Shown in pieces: positions 21,703 to 33,298 of a stretch of DNA of 64,000 bases (within the stretch, counting starts at the first letter, position 1; each line of letters opens with the position of its first letter). Under the pieces are notes generated by a model, which saw nothing but the letters and a program-made list of their open reading frames with translations, did no database searches and was not told the DNA's origin. The position numbers and the translations under genes were made by a program. The stretch comes from Schizochytrium sp. TIO01 (Eukaryota; Protista; Bigyra: Labyrinthulomycetes): NCBI GenBank assembly GCA_004764695.1, contig SMSO01000014.1, forward strand, positions 1,917,648-1,981,647. Direction: 5' to 3'.

Positions 21703-24700
21703 CTCGTGCATCCTTCCTTCATCTATCCTTAGGCATCCATCCATCCATTCTCATTCACCCGTTCTCATTCACTCATTCGCATTCGCTCATTCGATCGTTC
21801 ATTCACTTCTTCTTCTTCTTCTTCTTCAGGATATTCATGTGATTGGGATTCATGTATTCGGGATCCAGGTATTCAGGATTCAGGAGGAGCGTCTCTCTGC
21901 GGTCTCCTTCCTTGAGCTGACTTGGGGCGCTGCCCGGGTTTTGCTTTCGTGCCGCTTTGGGAAGCCCCTGCGGTGTCTCCGCAAGAAAGAAGAAGGCAAG
22001 CAAGCAAGCAAGCAAGCGAGCTCTGTCTGTAGGCTTCGCTGCTTTCCATGTGATGACCATTTGTTTAATCGCTCGCTCCTCTGTTTTGCTATTTGTTTTC
22101 TCTGTTTTCTCAGTTTTCAGGTCGCCTGCAAATAGCAGATGAGACAGGCAACGATTTCTTTAAACCAATAAGTGCCGAGTACTACACACCTGCTAGGTAG
22201 CTATTACCATGATTCGACTGGCGCTATCCATCTCTCTCTTCCTCCCTGCTTTCTATTCACTATTCATTGCCACAGCTGTTTTCTTGAAAGAAGAGCAAAA
22301 CTATTGAGCAAAACTATTGCGCTTCGCAAGAAAGAGAGAGCTCAGGAGAAAGAGGGGGAAACTTCAAAACGAACTTGTCTCTCTGCCAGGCTGCCTCTAT
22401 TCTTCGCTGCCGCTAGGAGCTTCTACCCAGAGCCTAGCTGGCTTTCTAACTGCAATCTTTGGCTCACCCTGAACTAGTACCTACTACCGACCTAGGTACC
22501 TGCTAGCACTTCCTAAGGAATGCAGCTGTTTTAGTTTAAATGATCTCTGTCACAATTTCGCCTTTGGAGTTGGGCTTTCTTTGAGTTATGGCTCGTTCGT
22601 TCTCTTTTTCTTTTCTTTTCTTTTCTTTTCTTGTTTTTTTCTTCTTTTTCTTCTTCTTCCTCTCCTTCTTTTCACAGTGAAGGGAGTGAGAATCAAGGAA
22701 TGAAGACACGATCTTTGAACTTCTTTCGAAAGGACGCGTGATGAAGAAAGAGCTCCGAGTGCATGGCTCGAAAACACTGCTTCTTGAGAGAAGTGAAGAC
22801 ACGGGGAGTGAAACTTGTTGCAAAATTAGTAGAGATTTCGAAGACCTGGGAAGGAAAGCTGGCCCGTTCTTCTCCCTTTTTTTCTTTTTTCTTTTCTTTT
22901 TTAAAATTTGAATTTAATGTAACAATTATTAAAAGAAAAACGTTTACTTAATATTAGTGACACTACTAATACTATTAATACTAACTAATAAAACTTATAA
23001 TTTACAGGATAAAATAGAGGAACGATGGATGTGTGAGACACGCCTGCAAAAAGTTGAAAGCTCTTGAGAACTAGGCTACGCTTTCTTTCGTATCTGCTCG
23101 CTAACCAGTGCTAGGTTCTTCTTCTTCTTCTTCCTCACTACAGTGTGCTTTGTTCATCAAACACTCATTTTCCTTTCCAAGTAAAAAAGGCGTTTCAACT
23201 ATTAAAGTAACAACAAACTAAATAAAAAGATCAAAGCAGATTTCTATATGGTGTTGTTGAGATTCAGATCTAACAACTTAATTTTTTAGTATTTCTTTAT
23301 GATGGACGATGCGAAGAAATGAACCAGGCGCCTTGCTTTACGACACAGACTTGAGAAAAGAGAAAAGCGCAGCCTGTTTGAAATCTCATCATATCCTGCT
23401 CCAGCCCATTGCGCAGCCCAAACCCATGACACAGAACTTACAAAGCGCCCAACACCATTCATCAAGTGGCATTAAGTTCTACGAGTTATCTAAAACCTAA
23501 GCACTCGTTTCTTGCTTTTTTCTAAGGAATCATCATCAAATCAGGAGGAGGCCGCCAAGGACACTTGCTAAGTGTCCTATGCGTTGACTATTTAGTCTGC
23601 AAAACCCTTCACTCAAGAAAGAAGAAGAAGTCGATTAAAAATAATTCCCCCCTTTCTCCTTCGATGGGTTTTCCTGGGTACGCACTTTTTTTCTTTTTCT
23701 ATTTCATTCGTGCACGAGGCTGTATATAAAGTTCTTCTTTCTTTCTTTCTATTCTTTCTATTCTTTTCTATTCTTTCTATTCTTTCTTTCCTCTTTCGTA
23801 AGGTGAGGGAATATGTACGTGGCCGAAGTGAGAAAGAAAGGAAATAAGAAAGAAAGTAACTAAGAAGGGATGGCCCGCGAAGTTTTGTAGGCCAACTTGG
23901 CTTTTCAAAACCTATGTATGCTTGATTTAGTGCGGTCCCGACGGAGTTTCTCAGTCTCTCTCTCTCTCTCTCTCTCTAATTATCTTGATGGATGCAGGAA
24001 TGAATGCATCTATCGCTGCTGAGGACGGCGAGGACCGAAAGTAGGCAGCTAGCTAGCTAGCCAAGGTTTTTTGATCAGAGGCCCTCCTTCTTCGAGCTGG
24101 GCAGCGGCCTGAAGGTCAGACGCTCGAAACGAAAGTTTGTTTTTGTCTTCAGCTTGAGAATACTGCCAGTGCTGCTGGATAAAAAGAAAAAAAGGACCTG
24201 CCCGACAAAAGTCCCTTTCTTTCTGGGTTGCGCTAGTTAGTAGAAGAAAAGCACAGACCAAGTAAGTAAATATATTTTAATTGAAAAGTTAAACAGCAGG
24301 CACTCGACGGTCTCCTTTTTGACGCCTCTTCTTTGAGGATGAGGATGAATGAGGACGATTAACTAATCTATCTGCCCGAAATGTAAGAGATTGGACTGTT
24401 TGCCTCACCTCATCTTTCGAATTGTGATTGACTTTTGACTGACAGGTATGGACGATCTTAGAGTCATGACGATTAAGACTAACACGATGGATGAGCTATG
24501 ATAGTCTTTTCGAAGCCTTTTTGAAGTAGAGGGGGGAAGCCGGCGGCAGTGTGTAAAGTTCATGTGTTAAGCCTACGTGAAGGCTCATCAGTTACTTTGC
24601 TCGCCAGTTAAAGTTCTGTCCTTTGACAGCCCACGATGCCAACACGGCAGAATCGAAAGTAATGTTCATTGCTGCTGCCTGGAGTTCCTTTAGAAGAAAT

Positions 24701-27700
24701 GCAAAGTGACCATTGTTGAGTTTGCACAAGCAAAGTCAACTTTCGAGTGACGTATTAGATCAATTGAGACGGGAGTGCGCAAAGAAAACACTTTCAGAAC
24801 GAAACGGAATCACACTGTCATGTTGTGGAAACGAACACGAGACTGCGATTTCAGGACCTTCGTCTAACGATAATCGCATAAAAAAAGGAAAGTAGCGGCT
24901 GATTTATGAAGTTATCTATTATGTTGTTCGTAACAACAGTTTTCTCCCCCTCTGTAAATAAACCTCAAGATTTGTTGGTCATAAATAGGACAACCTAGCT
25001 GTCTGTTTATCCAATTTTAGGGCACCATTTGGGGTTAAAACTTCCTTAAATCATGGAATAGTATCTACGTAGTGCTAGAAAAACCTTTCGTGATGTTGAA
25101 CTCATTACATGTCCGTGCCACCGTGTTTTTCAATTGCTCAGTAGCATGTCACATACATGCTATTCATGTGATATTATGCACCCTGTTTCTTGATGAGTAG
25201 TTGTAGAACCTGGCCTAGTCCTAGACTTCTTCATCATTATCTTGCAACTGGAAAACAGCCACCTCAGAAACGCATCGAATGCTACCGAAAGTGCTTTCGA
25301 TTCCAATAGCAAATCTCCCCCCAACTGAAGTTTAAATCAATTTTGATTTGTTTATTGTCAAGCAATAACTTCTAGTTTTCCGCAAACAGCAAGTATTATG
25401 AGATGGCTTACAACAGACTAGCTTGGTCCGCATTTCTGACAGGTTTGTCTCCGAGCCCTCCTGTGCTCAGTATCAGTTTAAAATCCTCCTGCTTAGTGAT
25501 GACACTGAAGAAGAACTACTCACAACACCAAACTTAGAGACTGATTGGCGAAGCTTATTGCTTTAAAATAGAAATTAAGACGGGTTCTCTACACTAACAT
25601 AAACAAGCCGTCGCATACGAGTCACATCAAAATCTTCATTTATTTGATTCATGTTGTAATGCAAAAGAATGGGTTGAAGTTGCCAAGATCATAAATTCCG
25701 TTGCAAAATTTATTCATACACAATTCAAGGTGATGCGCTTTTATCCCCCCTCTCCACCCCAACAGACGAAACCAATTCGCAGCTTGCGAACATTATATAT
25801 ACTACACTACACGGAGGCCTTGATACTTCAGAGCCAGACTTTGAGCAGCAACTGGCACCATGGGGTCTTGGGCAAGTCCCTCCGACGTATCTTTAAGATT
25901 TACCACGCGTACATGTGCTGTGTTTAAGATTAGTTTGGACACCCCCCACCCCACTCGCCTCCCCCCCTTCTCATGAGTAAGACCCCTCTCGTCCAAATGC
26001 TTGCACTAAGTCGGAGCATCTCCCTATTCTGTGGTCTGCAAAAGCCAGTTTCTCAACCTAAAATCAGCGCTATCTCTTGCCAGTGCCTTGGCTGGTGACT
26101 CAGCGAAGCATTATCCCGAGCATAAAGCTGTCATTCTCGCAAGGAGATCGTGTTCTTCCCCTGTCGCCCCCCAATCACGGCCTGGAGCTTACAGCAACTT
26201 TTGCTTGCAAAGCCCTCCTGCCAAGCATTGCACAGCTCGATCATTGCATCTTCTGCAATAGCCAGCCGCCGCCATTGCTCTGCTCTACGGGCACATTTAT
26301 TCATTTATTTACACACACATATAGCACAATCTCTGGCCTTCTGAAGCGACATCTGTAAGCCCCCGAGTAAGAACTTGAAGAAGGGGGTGGTCCGCCACAC
26401 AGAGGCATGCGGACCTACTACATGCAATGCATGCACCATTGTCCATTGAAAAGGGAAGGCCGAAGAGCAAAGTGCTGTCTAACGCGCTCGAGCTTTGCAG
26501 GGTTTGTTTGTCCTATCAGACAGATTGCACGCCACAATTCCCATTGGGGAACAGGCGAAGGGACGTGCCGTCAACATAAAAAAACGTGCCGCAGCGGACC
26601 AATGTTTTTCACGTGCGGTCGACTCGCATAGTGGTTCGTAAGGATCTCACTGTCTGTCTGTCTGTCTGTCTGTCTTGAGTTCCGGAGATTGGACGTGCGC
26701 ATCGCGCTTGAGTCGATCATCTTCAGCAGAAGCGAATCCAATCGTCCCGTTACATTTGGTCAGAGGATCAGCAGAAAGCGCTAATATTTTGACGTACCAG
26801 CCGCCGTACCAACAGCGAGCTGCGCGGGACATATCAGTAGGTGCTTGATTCAAGGGGGAAATAAGGCACCTTGATAACTAATTCATCGCCAGCACTACAA
26901 TTTGATCATCTTTTGTCCCTCAGAAACTAAATGATGGGCTTCCTTCCTTCCTTCATTCATTCATTCAGTTTGTCCGTTTTCCAAGTTTTAGTTTGCCTTA
27001 AGGGCACAATAAATACGTTTCTTCTAAAGAGCCCACGCAGAACTTGGGCAATCTGCATACACGAACGGGGTGTCTAGGTAGGCGTGACCAGGGTCCGTAC
27101 CATGTGCCGTTTCACCACTCGCTTTTCATCCCAGATTTTTGGCCCTATCCAGCAACTCGAACTTGAGACAAATGTGTCGTCCTTTGCAGAACAGTAGTAA
27201 ATCTTCTGATCTTGCTGCTGTCTAGTACTTACCTATACACCCAGTAAGAGGCAGCAGGCTTTGACCTTTCTATGGTAGTTCGTGTAAATAGGAACAGAAA
27301 AGGATCTCCTCCTAAACGTAACTTCCGCCAACGAATAGGTACGAAGCTGCTGCTGTGCATGATGATGATGATGATTATGATGATGTTGATGAGCAGATTC
27401 ATGGCTCTGTCCTGCTTCTTTTGAGAGGCTGGCTCTGCGCAAATATCCTTATCTAGGCCGCTGAGGTTGCCTTTGCTGGCTTATCTATGAAGCAGTCAGT
27501 TCTCCCCTTCTTCATTTCTCCACTTCTCTGTGAAAGTAAGTTTTGTCCCATTTCGATGCGCTCTGTTATTCCTATCTTGTCCCGCTTGTTTGTTTAATTG
27601 TTTGTTTGTTTATTTGATTGTTTGTTTATTTGATTGTTTGATTCATTCATTCATTCATTCATTCATTCATTGTGTTATAATTGCGAAAAGCTGAAGAATA

Positions 27701-30700
27701 AAAGAAAGAAGAACTGGTCCCAGAGTCAGTCAGCCCAGAGCGGCTCTTCGACACAGATGGAAAGCCCGCGCTTAGGCCCTCGCCTTCCTCCAAGATGCTC
27801 TTAGCTCGCGCATACGAGCATTTGTCGGAGCGGAAGTCGATCGATCAGCTCCAACTTCGATCGACTGCCCTCTTCGCCCACGGTCTTTGGCCACTAGCAG
27901 TAACAGAGAAGAACCAGGAACCAACTTGAGGAACGACATTTTCATTCAAGATCTCCTTTCCCCTTTTCTGCAGTTTTTAGTTTCTTTTAGTTTGCTTTTG
28001 TTTTGTAAGTACCCCCTTTGTTTATTGTACAACTTGAAAGAACCCTTTCACGGATCGCGCTCTGCGCCTTCAGCAGAAGCACGTAATAGGTACTATCACC
28101 TGCTATAGGATGGGATGCTAGATGAAAATGTAGCACGAGGTTGCAGTTCTTTTGTTAGATGCCTTTGCGAGAAGAGCACAGAACAACTCAAGTTGTATCA
28201 CCGCTCTTCGCTCTCGTCCTCGACAACACAATTATAGAGGGAGATCATTCTGGTGAAAGTTCCAGATCGATTCTTTTCTGTTCTGACCCTTTCTTTCACA
28301 CATTATTGCATTCTTTCCCACTTTAAAAAAGTATTTGATTGGAACAAATATCATTGTTTTGGTAAACAAAGATTTTGAATTCATTTTTTTAATATCGTTA
28401 ATTGATTTCTAACAATTTTAGAAGAAAGAAAAGATGAAAAAAACTTTCATACCATCAAAAAGTTTTAGTAGAGTATTAGAAAGTGTACGCTGGATAAAAA
28501 TAGGTGTCACCTGTTCGTCTGTTTCAATTAAGCAGAGCAACAGAGAAAGAAACCCTTTCAGAGGCCGCTGCTCATGATAGGATGATGCAAAAAAGGCGTC
28601 GCGCGCCTGAAACTCACCGGGTTGCTCAAGGACTGGCGAGGCACGAACGGTACATCGTATGTAAACTCTGTCTGTAGCTCCGCTTTTGAGCATGCGAGCG
28701 CTCAAGATGGGTTGAAATTACTCAAGATCAAGAGTTCATTTAAGACGATGGCTGCTGCGCTTTAAAAGGCCCTTTCTGAAACCAATTCCTGATCTTTCTC
28801 TCTTCTGATACTGAAAACTGTGTTTGTTGACACGCTCCAGCAGTAGGAAACAGTAGGGAGCACTTGAAGAACTCGTGCTTTTGAACTTGAGCTGAGATAC
28901 AAACATAACATCTCACTGAAAACCGTCGATAGATGGCCATATCAAGAATTCAATCTTTTTCAAATTAGCGCGAGCAGTCGAAGGCGATCGACGACTTTTC
29001 CTAAGGAAAGAAAGTCACTCTTCTTTTCTCTCGCGTTTCTCTTGAATATTTATATTTTATGATATAGGATTCTTTATTTGAAAACTTATTATAATTGAAA
29101 ATAAGTAAAAAGTGTTAACCATATTTTTTTAATTAAAAAAGTATAAAGGAAAACTATTTTTTCTTTTCACCTAAATTCAAAAATACATTCTTTTAATTAA
29201 ACTATTTTTATTATATGATTTTATTAGTTTTAAAAAGTGTTTTGCCAAAATGCGAGCTGCCATACCTGCTCGTCGACACAACGATCTCCGAGCAGGTTTC
29301 ACGTAGAGTATGATAGACCTTTATTTTACCCGAGAGAACAATTTGTAGGAAGATTAAATAACATTATAATTTGTCGGGGAAACAAAATTTCATAATATAC
29401 ACTGCGAGACGATTGGAACGCCGCGTCGCCTGCCAGGGGACGCCTGTGTTCTGCGGACCAAAACACAGTCATTGGAAGTGCAAAGTATCCCATAATCTGC
29501 CACGATCTTTCAGCTTTAATAAGCACATTATTCAACGAAAGGGGGTAGATCACGAGTGTGTCAAGGCGTCTTCCGTGCAAGGATATCCGGGCGACGCCCT
29601 GGAGCTTTGGGGGCTAGGGAGACGAGTCTTAGAGACATCTTATCTCAATGCACCTCTTATTATAATGGTTACCTCACCAACGCAATACGCAGAATGCCCC
29701 CGCACGAACAGGTCTCTGTCAAGGCGAAGGCAGTGAGGGGGGCAGGCAACAAAACTTTCACTGATCGGTGCTGTGTCTTCCGCTCTGTGGTACTATGCTA
29801 AAGCAGGGGCAACTGCCTGGCAGTTCCTCCCTGATTCGCAAACTACGCTCCAGCAAAACACAGGGCCACATGTCATTTCAGGAGAAAAACAAGAACTCCC
29901 AGCAGCAGAAAACACAGCCCTCACAAATATCATTTTCAAGGCACAATTCGTTCATTCATTCGAGACGGCTTTCATTTATTATTATTATTTTCTCTCTCAG
30001 TTTTGTTTTAAAAGTTCACATTATTAAAAATCAAAGCTCTCGACTTATTGGGAAAGAGGAGAGAGAGCGCATGTAATCTCCTCTTTCCATCGAGTGCGAA
30101 GATAGGGTGAAACAAGGTGGTGATCTTTAGGTTTTTATAATTGAGCAGAGTTTCGATGAGCTCTGATGAGGAAAGACGTGAGTGAAGTCAGCAAAGATCC
30201 CATCAGTAGTGACCTAACTCGAAGAAGTGGTCCAGAGCCTTGACATGCGCTGATTCTTCAGAATTGTCAGCGCTGCGTTCGGAGCAGCTAAGGTTCGCGT
30301 TCCAAGGGTAGAGAACGAGCTCTCAAGCGTGTGCTCGGAGACCACTTAGAGAAGAAAGCGGGCACTACATTCGTGACCTGGTCTCCTTGAGAAATGCGAT
30401 TTTCTGGTTTGCCTGACTGCTGAAAAGGCCACCTTGAAATGGCACTCTGCGTAGGCTCAAGGATTTTGCTGAACGCTTCTTCATACACGGATGACGATGT
30501 TCATCGATAACTATATCTATCTATATACACATATTTACAAGTGTGGAGCATGGATGCAGCAAATTTGCAGCAAATAAATTTGGGACCACTTTGGCAAAAT
30601 TCGACGCCGGCGCGAGCATGCGCTGCAGCCTACAGTCACCTTCGCGTGTCACCTGTGTTGCGGCGCGCGCGCGAGAGAGAGAGAGCCCGAAAGGAAAGTT

Positions 30701-32838
30701 TGTTCGGCCGCGGGATAGAGGGAACGCAAGTAAATACGCGCCAAATTACTGGCGAAGGCATGCATGCATAGGAGAGGGCTGCCTGCCTACGCTTGGGGCA
30801 TGGAGGAAATGCAAGATGGTCTCCCTCTCTCTGCAGGCGTAGGCAGCCCTTTCAAAGCAGCTGGCCATGTTGGGAATGGAAATTGAGGTTGTATCGCATG
30901 TTATACTGCAAGGAAACCAAGGCTAGCCCACCCATTTCTGGCTGTCCTGATTCATCTCGCACTTGAGAACTCTGGGATTGAAAACCACAATCTTCGATTC
31001 GGATCAGGCAGATCGAAGGGCCGGGTACAGAGCAGTGCTCGGACCAGGGAATCGACTCAAGCTCGTCTGCGATAGACACAAAAGCTCGAATTGTGACGCC
31101 AAAGTCAGTTCTCTGAACATTTATAGAGCAGGCACGAGGCAAGAATTTCACCTCGTGCGGCTCTGAAATGGAGATATTTGTAGAACCCATTCCGCTAGGA
31201 TCTCGGAGCAGACAACGCACCCAAAGCTTATTCGTCGGCTTTGAAAATGTCAGTCCCTTGAATTTCCAGATTTGACTTGTATGCTTTTGTCTCTATCTTA
31301 ATAAGATCCAACGCAATGGTCTATTGATTGCTTCCTGCAATTGAATATCTCCTTGTTAAGGTAAGAGTGAGTTATGATATCAATACTCAAACTATAGTAC
31401 GCTTAAACAGGAATTTTCTGAGAAGAGGGATGCTGGAAAGCAATCTATTTTACTTTGGAATTGGAAGGGGAGATAGAAGCTTAATCCTGTCTACTCGTTG
31501 AAGCTATCCAGGCACGGGAAGACAGTACTCTACTTACATACATACTACTGTCGGTGGAAATTTACTTATAGTAGATTTAAATTATTGTTTGCGGGCCTTT
31601 CTAAGAAATTATTTTGGCCATCTCCATTTAGTTCAAAGTAAATGGATGTAATCGTAATCATCATGTGGCGATATTATAAAATTGAAATTCTTATATCCAC
31701 TCGCACGCTCATGGGCCTAGGACTTCATTATAGTTAATGTTAAATTTTACATATATGTAGAGCTAGCATGACATCTTCCGAGAAAGGGTTCCTCAACTTG
31801 AAGATAAAAAGTTTCAAGAAGTAAAAATATTTTTGAGTTTGCCCAGGACGTTCATAAATTTCTCATTTTAGTTGTATGATTTTGAGACAATGGTGTCCCG
31901 ATAAAGTCTGGTTTCTATCCACGAAACGAGCAAGCCCCACCGTACATCCTAAGTATCAAAATTTTATGCGCATACACAAGTTTACGCTCTTTTGTTTTCA
32001 TTTATACTTTTTACATATTTTTTACAGCTTTCCTACACAATATCAAACCCATCTTGAACTTTGAAGACAACACTCCATCAACAAAATTGAATGAGCTTGA
32101 ATGCAAAGCATTTTGTTTGTTCACTCTCCTTGTTGTCAGAAATCCTGGACTCGGCATTTAAACAAAAGAGAATCACTTTGCTTCTTTCCTTTTCTTGCAG
32201 ACAAAAGAAATAGTCATCAACTGCTTCGAACTTCCCAAACCAATGAATCCTGCCGTAGCACGATTGGCCGGGCCTGAAACCGACACACAAGTTACTCGAG
32301 CACCCAGAAGAGGTAGAAATGTCGCTTTGTCATTTCATCCTTTACACCAATATGCGCTCACTATAATGGACACAGAGCACCAGCAACCAGCGACTCCCAT
32401 TTCGCCATTCGTGGCCTTCACGACTCAGCGAGTATATGCATGGTAGGCACCTGCGGACTTTGCTGTTCGCCAGCTTGCGTGAAACCTCAAGCTGAGGCTG
32501 CCGAGGCAGGCAGCTAGGCAGCTAGCAGTATCTATGGGGCTGCTAGCGCTCGCGCGATATCTCGTTCGTCTTACATAAAGAGTGGGAAAACTCTGGCGGG
32601 CCAAAGAATATGACGAGAATCTGATCCGAACTTTGATGCTACTAAAACAGAGACCAAATTCCAAAACAGAAGCATGCCTTCCGACAATGGCCTCCGTGCC
32701 AGGCTGACTCTGGACTGACAGATGCGACGAAACCTGCGTAGCACTTTGCTTTCGTTCGATCCAACATCACAGCGAGAGGGACTTCCCTGTTTGCATTTGC
32801 ACGTTGGAAGGGAATTGAATTAATTGTCCTATGTTTGT

Positions 32839-32870
<32 letters not shown>

Positions 32871-33197
32871 TTGCTGAGTAAGTCCAGGTCGCGGGTGCTG
32901 TGCTGCGTATCGTCGATGCATAACTCCACTGCATTGGCCAAATTCGCCATGAATTCATTCCATCGTCCGCGGTGAGCGACTCCTGTCCGCGCGAATAAGG
33001 TGGGTTCGATGTGCTCGCACCCGGCTTTGACGAACAAAACGCGAGCAGCGGCAGGCTCTCTCGCGCAAAGAAACCCGACCGGGGCGGGCTTCTCAGACTT
33101 CCGCTGGCCTGTGACCACCCTCGCGAGCGGGTGAATAGCGAGATCCTTCGTACACACTCCTGCTTGTCTTGCACTTACCAGAGGACCTTCTCACACA

Positions 33198-33298
33198 CTC
33201 AATCACTCAATCAATCAACAATCAATCAATTAATCATTAATCAATCAATCAATCAATCAACAATCAACAATCAACAATCAATCATTCACATTCAATCA
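33198..33298. repeat. Degenerate (AATC)n/(ACAATCA)n microsatellite
   Basis: Read directly from the sequence. Confidence 0.9.

Noticed and set aside
9776-23000. Many 60-260 aa ORFs (e.g. 16513-17289, 17227-17739, 18482-19105, 15180-15755)
   Set aside because: They are largely translations of stop-free microsatellites and low-complexity DNA (KKER, FLSF, YVCM, SQNVCF), with no coding signature.
27130-27200. Minus-strand peptide GRHICLKFELLD resembling a CMGC-kinase subdomain
   Set aside because: Only about 12 residues followed by a stop, with no other kinase motif nearby.
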